Assembly: GCA_039714075.1 (NCBI GenBank)
Contig: JBDLKA010000073.1
Span: 1 to 18,344 of the forward strand
Length of the DNA: 18,344 bases
Origin: Candidatus Krumholzibacteriota bacterium
GTDB lineage: Bacteria > Krumholzibacteriota > Krumholzibacteriia > LZORAL124-64-63
Reading direction: 5' to 3'
The notes under the pieces were generated by a model. The model made no database searches. It saw only the letters and a program-made list of their open reading frames with translations, and had not been told where the DNA came from. The number at the start of each line of letters is the position of its first letter. Position 1 is the stretch's first letter. The position numbers and the translations under genes are program-made. Below, one piece after another: positions 16,614 to 18,344 of the stretch.

Positions 16614-17531
16614 CTACCAGTCCACCTCGACAACCCAGATATTGGGCTCGGGATCCCCAAAAACACAGAAAACGATGTAGTCGCCCCCCGGCGACCAGCG
16701 CGGCCAGAACCCACCCCCGGTCGTCACCTGGAAAGGCGCGCCACCGGCGGCGGGGATGACGTGGATTTCCATGATCCCGGATTGGGCGGACTCGTAGGCG
16801 ATTTCTTCACCGTCGGGGGACCAGGCCGGGTGCCCCTCGTAACCGTTCTCGGGTGTAATACGGGTGAGCGAGCCGCCTTCCACCGCCAGGACGTAAAGCG
16901 CGGAACTGGCATTCTCCAGATTGGACTCGCAAACCAGGCGGGTGCCGTCGGGAGACCAGTCGGCCGTGCGGATGTAAACCCCCGCACCCGTCGTGGTCAG
17001 CCGTTTCGCAGGCCCGCCCGCCACCGGAGACATCCATAGGTCGGTCCCCCCGTCTTTCGCCCGATTGGATTCGTAGGCGATCCACTCCCCATCCGGGGAC
17101 CAGACGGGATCGGCGTCCTCCCAGACGCCGGACGTCAGGGCGACCGGGTCCGCCGCGGGCGCATCCGGATCGATGATCCAGATATTCTTGAAACCGGAAC
17201 GCTCGGATTCGAAAACGATTCTCTTGCCATCCGGGGACCAGAACGGGGCACTGTCGAAACCCTTGTCGAAGGTCAGCTGCCGGGGCTCGCCGCCGGTGGC
17301 GGGAATCAACCACAGGTCGCGGTTGCCGGTGACATCGGATTCGAAAAGGATCCAGTTCCCGTCGGGAGAATAGATGGGGTTGGCCTCGAAAACATCATGG
17401 TTGCCGGTCAGCTGCATGACCTGGGGAACCCGGTCGGCCTTCACGGGGACCGCGGGCTCCTCGTTCGCACAGCCGGACAGTCCCATGACGAAAATGGTAA
17501 TGATAAAAAACAGCCCTCTTAAGGGACGCAT
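16614..17531 (-). CDS. TolB-like six-bladed beta-propeller (PD40 repeat) lipoprotein
   Basis: LSG-C lipobox and six repeats PIYSPDG, PFWSPDG, PVWSPDG, ADWSPDG, PAWSPDG, PRWSPGG, most followed by 'I.FES'-like strands and 'LT' linkers. Confidence 0.88.
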   Translation of the reverse strand: MRPLRGLFFIITIFVMGLSGCANEEPAVPVKADRVPQVMQLTGNHDVFEANPIYSPDGNWILFESDVTGNRDLWLIPATGGEPRQLTFDKGFDSAPFWSPDGKRIVFESERSGFKNIWIIDPDAPAADPVALTSGVWEDADPVWSPDGEWIAYESNRAKDGGTDLWMSPVAGGPAKRLTTTGAGVYIRTADWSPDGTRLVCESNLENASSALYVLAVEGGSLTRITPENGYEGHPAWSPDGEEIAYESAQSGIMEIHVIPAAGGAPFQVTTGGGFWPRWSPGGDYIVFCVFGDPEPNIWVVEVDW

Positions 17532-17705
17532 CGTGGCTTCACTCCCTGGAGTAATCCCGTGTTGCCTGATTGAAACCTGGTTAAGCAGCTTCCATGCCCA
17601 CCGGCCATCCCCCGATGCCGGTTATCCCATAGTGAAGATAATTCTAAGGTAATTTGATAGGGAATTCCAATGAGGCGGAGGGTTTTTTGATTGAATCCAC
17701 GGCTG

Positions 17706-18344
17706 TCAGCGCACCAGCGTCACCGACCCCTTGGACACAACTTGGCCTACTTCAAGGACATAGATGTAACGACCCGAAGACACAACCGAGCCCGACCGAC
17801 CTGTTCCATCCCATTGAATGACCAGCCGGTGGTTGGCGACTTCCCCGCCACGGAGTGTGTTGACCAGGGCGCCGCGGATATCAAAAATCCTCAGGACACC
17901 GGATCCGCTCTCGGCAGCCAGACCGACCGGAAGGGCCATCTCGATGCTCGTGCGGGGGTTGCAGGGATTGGGAAAAGCGCTGCTGGTCATCTGCAGAGGC
18001 CGGTCTTCGCCGCCCAGGAAGAACCCGGCCAGCATGCTCTTGAGCCCGTCCACCCACTGGGGATGCACCAGATCATGGTTTTCGATGCTGCCCGCAACCG
18101 TGGCCAGGGGGCCCCCGAAAAGGGCCCGGATGTCTTCAGCCAGGATTTCCCGGGCCCGGTCCGCGTGGATGGCGTCAACCGCGAGTGACGATTCGTCCAA
18201 CTGGCGGAGCTCCATGTAGGCGTTCCAGCGAGCGGGATAATCGTCGATGAAAGCCCAGGTCAACACGTGGCCCATTTCATGGGTGGTGATGTAGGCTACG
18301 GTGGAGGGATCCACAGGCCCGGTACCCGGTGAGAGGTAGATGGC
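17706..18344 (-). CDS. HEXXH-motif protein with C-terminal FlgD-Ig (T9SS type A-like) domain, C-terminal part (begins beyond the right edge)
   Basis: The frame is open to the window edge (AIYLSPGTGPVDPST...). Contains HEMGH plus a downstream E..AE (REILAED), and a C-terminus FPNPCNP...FDIRGALV...WDG...SGRYIY. Confidence 0.78.
   Translation of the reverse strand, partial: AIYLSPGTGPVDPSTVAYITTHEMGHVLTWAFIDDYPARWNAYMELRQLDESSLAVDAIHADRAREILAEDIRALFGGPLATVAGSIENHDLVHPQWVDGLKSMLAGFFLGGEDRPLQMTSSAFPNPCNPRTSIEMALPVGLAAESGSGVLRIFDIRGALVNTLRGGEVANHRLVIQWDGTGRSGSVVSSGRYIYVLEVGQVVSKGSVTLVR

Noticed and set aside
16461..16620. tRNA-Glu as an integration site or island boundary
   Set aside because: No integrase, no duplicated tRNA 3' end and no evident compositional shift inside the window.

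Overview
GC-rich chromosomal window from a diderm bacterium. The PNPFNP/FlgD-Ig C-terminal sorting-type domains and Gln-after-signal-peptide pattern suggest the FCB superphylum, possibly Krumholzibacteriota/Latescibacterota-like (inference). The left half is a tightly packed minus-strand cluster: tonB/tolA-like, exbB, exbD, large lipoprotein, FadL/PorV-like beta-barrel, TPR lipoprotein, mnmA, and an AsmA-like gene that runs off the left edge and is absent from the ORF track. It is followed by a divergent murB, a secreted FG-GAP repeat protein, an outer-membrane beta-barrel protein, comM/yifB with a candidate sigma54 promoter, an M20 peptidase, tRNA-Glu(TTC), a TolB-like propeller lipoprotein and a partial HEXXH protein with a C-terminal FlgD-Ig domain. 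The stand-out observation is a 56-aa histone-fold gene (14597-14767, minus), hidden inside a mis-started 115-aa ORF. It looks like an alpha3-truncated bacterial histone with its own candidate promoter, a three-hairpin leader of about 145 nt, a strong RBS and an intrinsic terminator. No mobile element or CRISPR array was seen. All calls come from reading motifs by eye; no searches were run.
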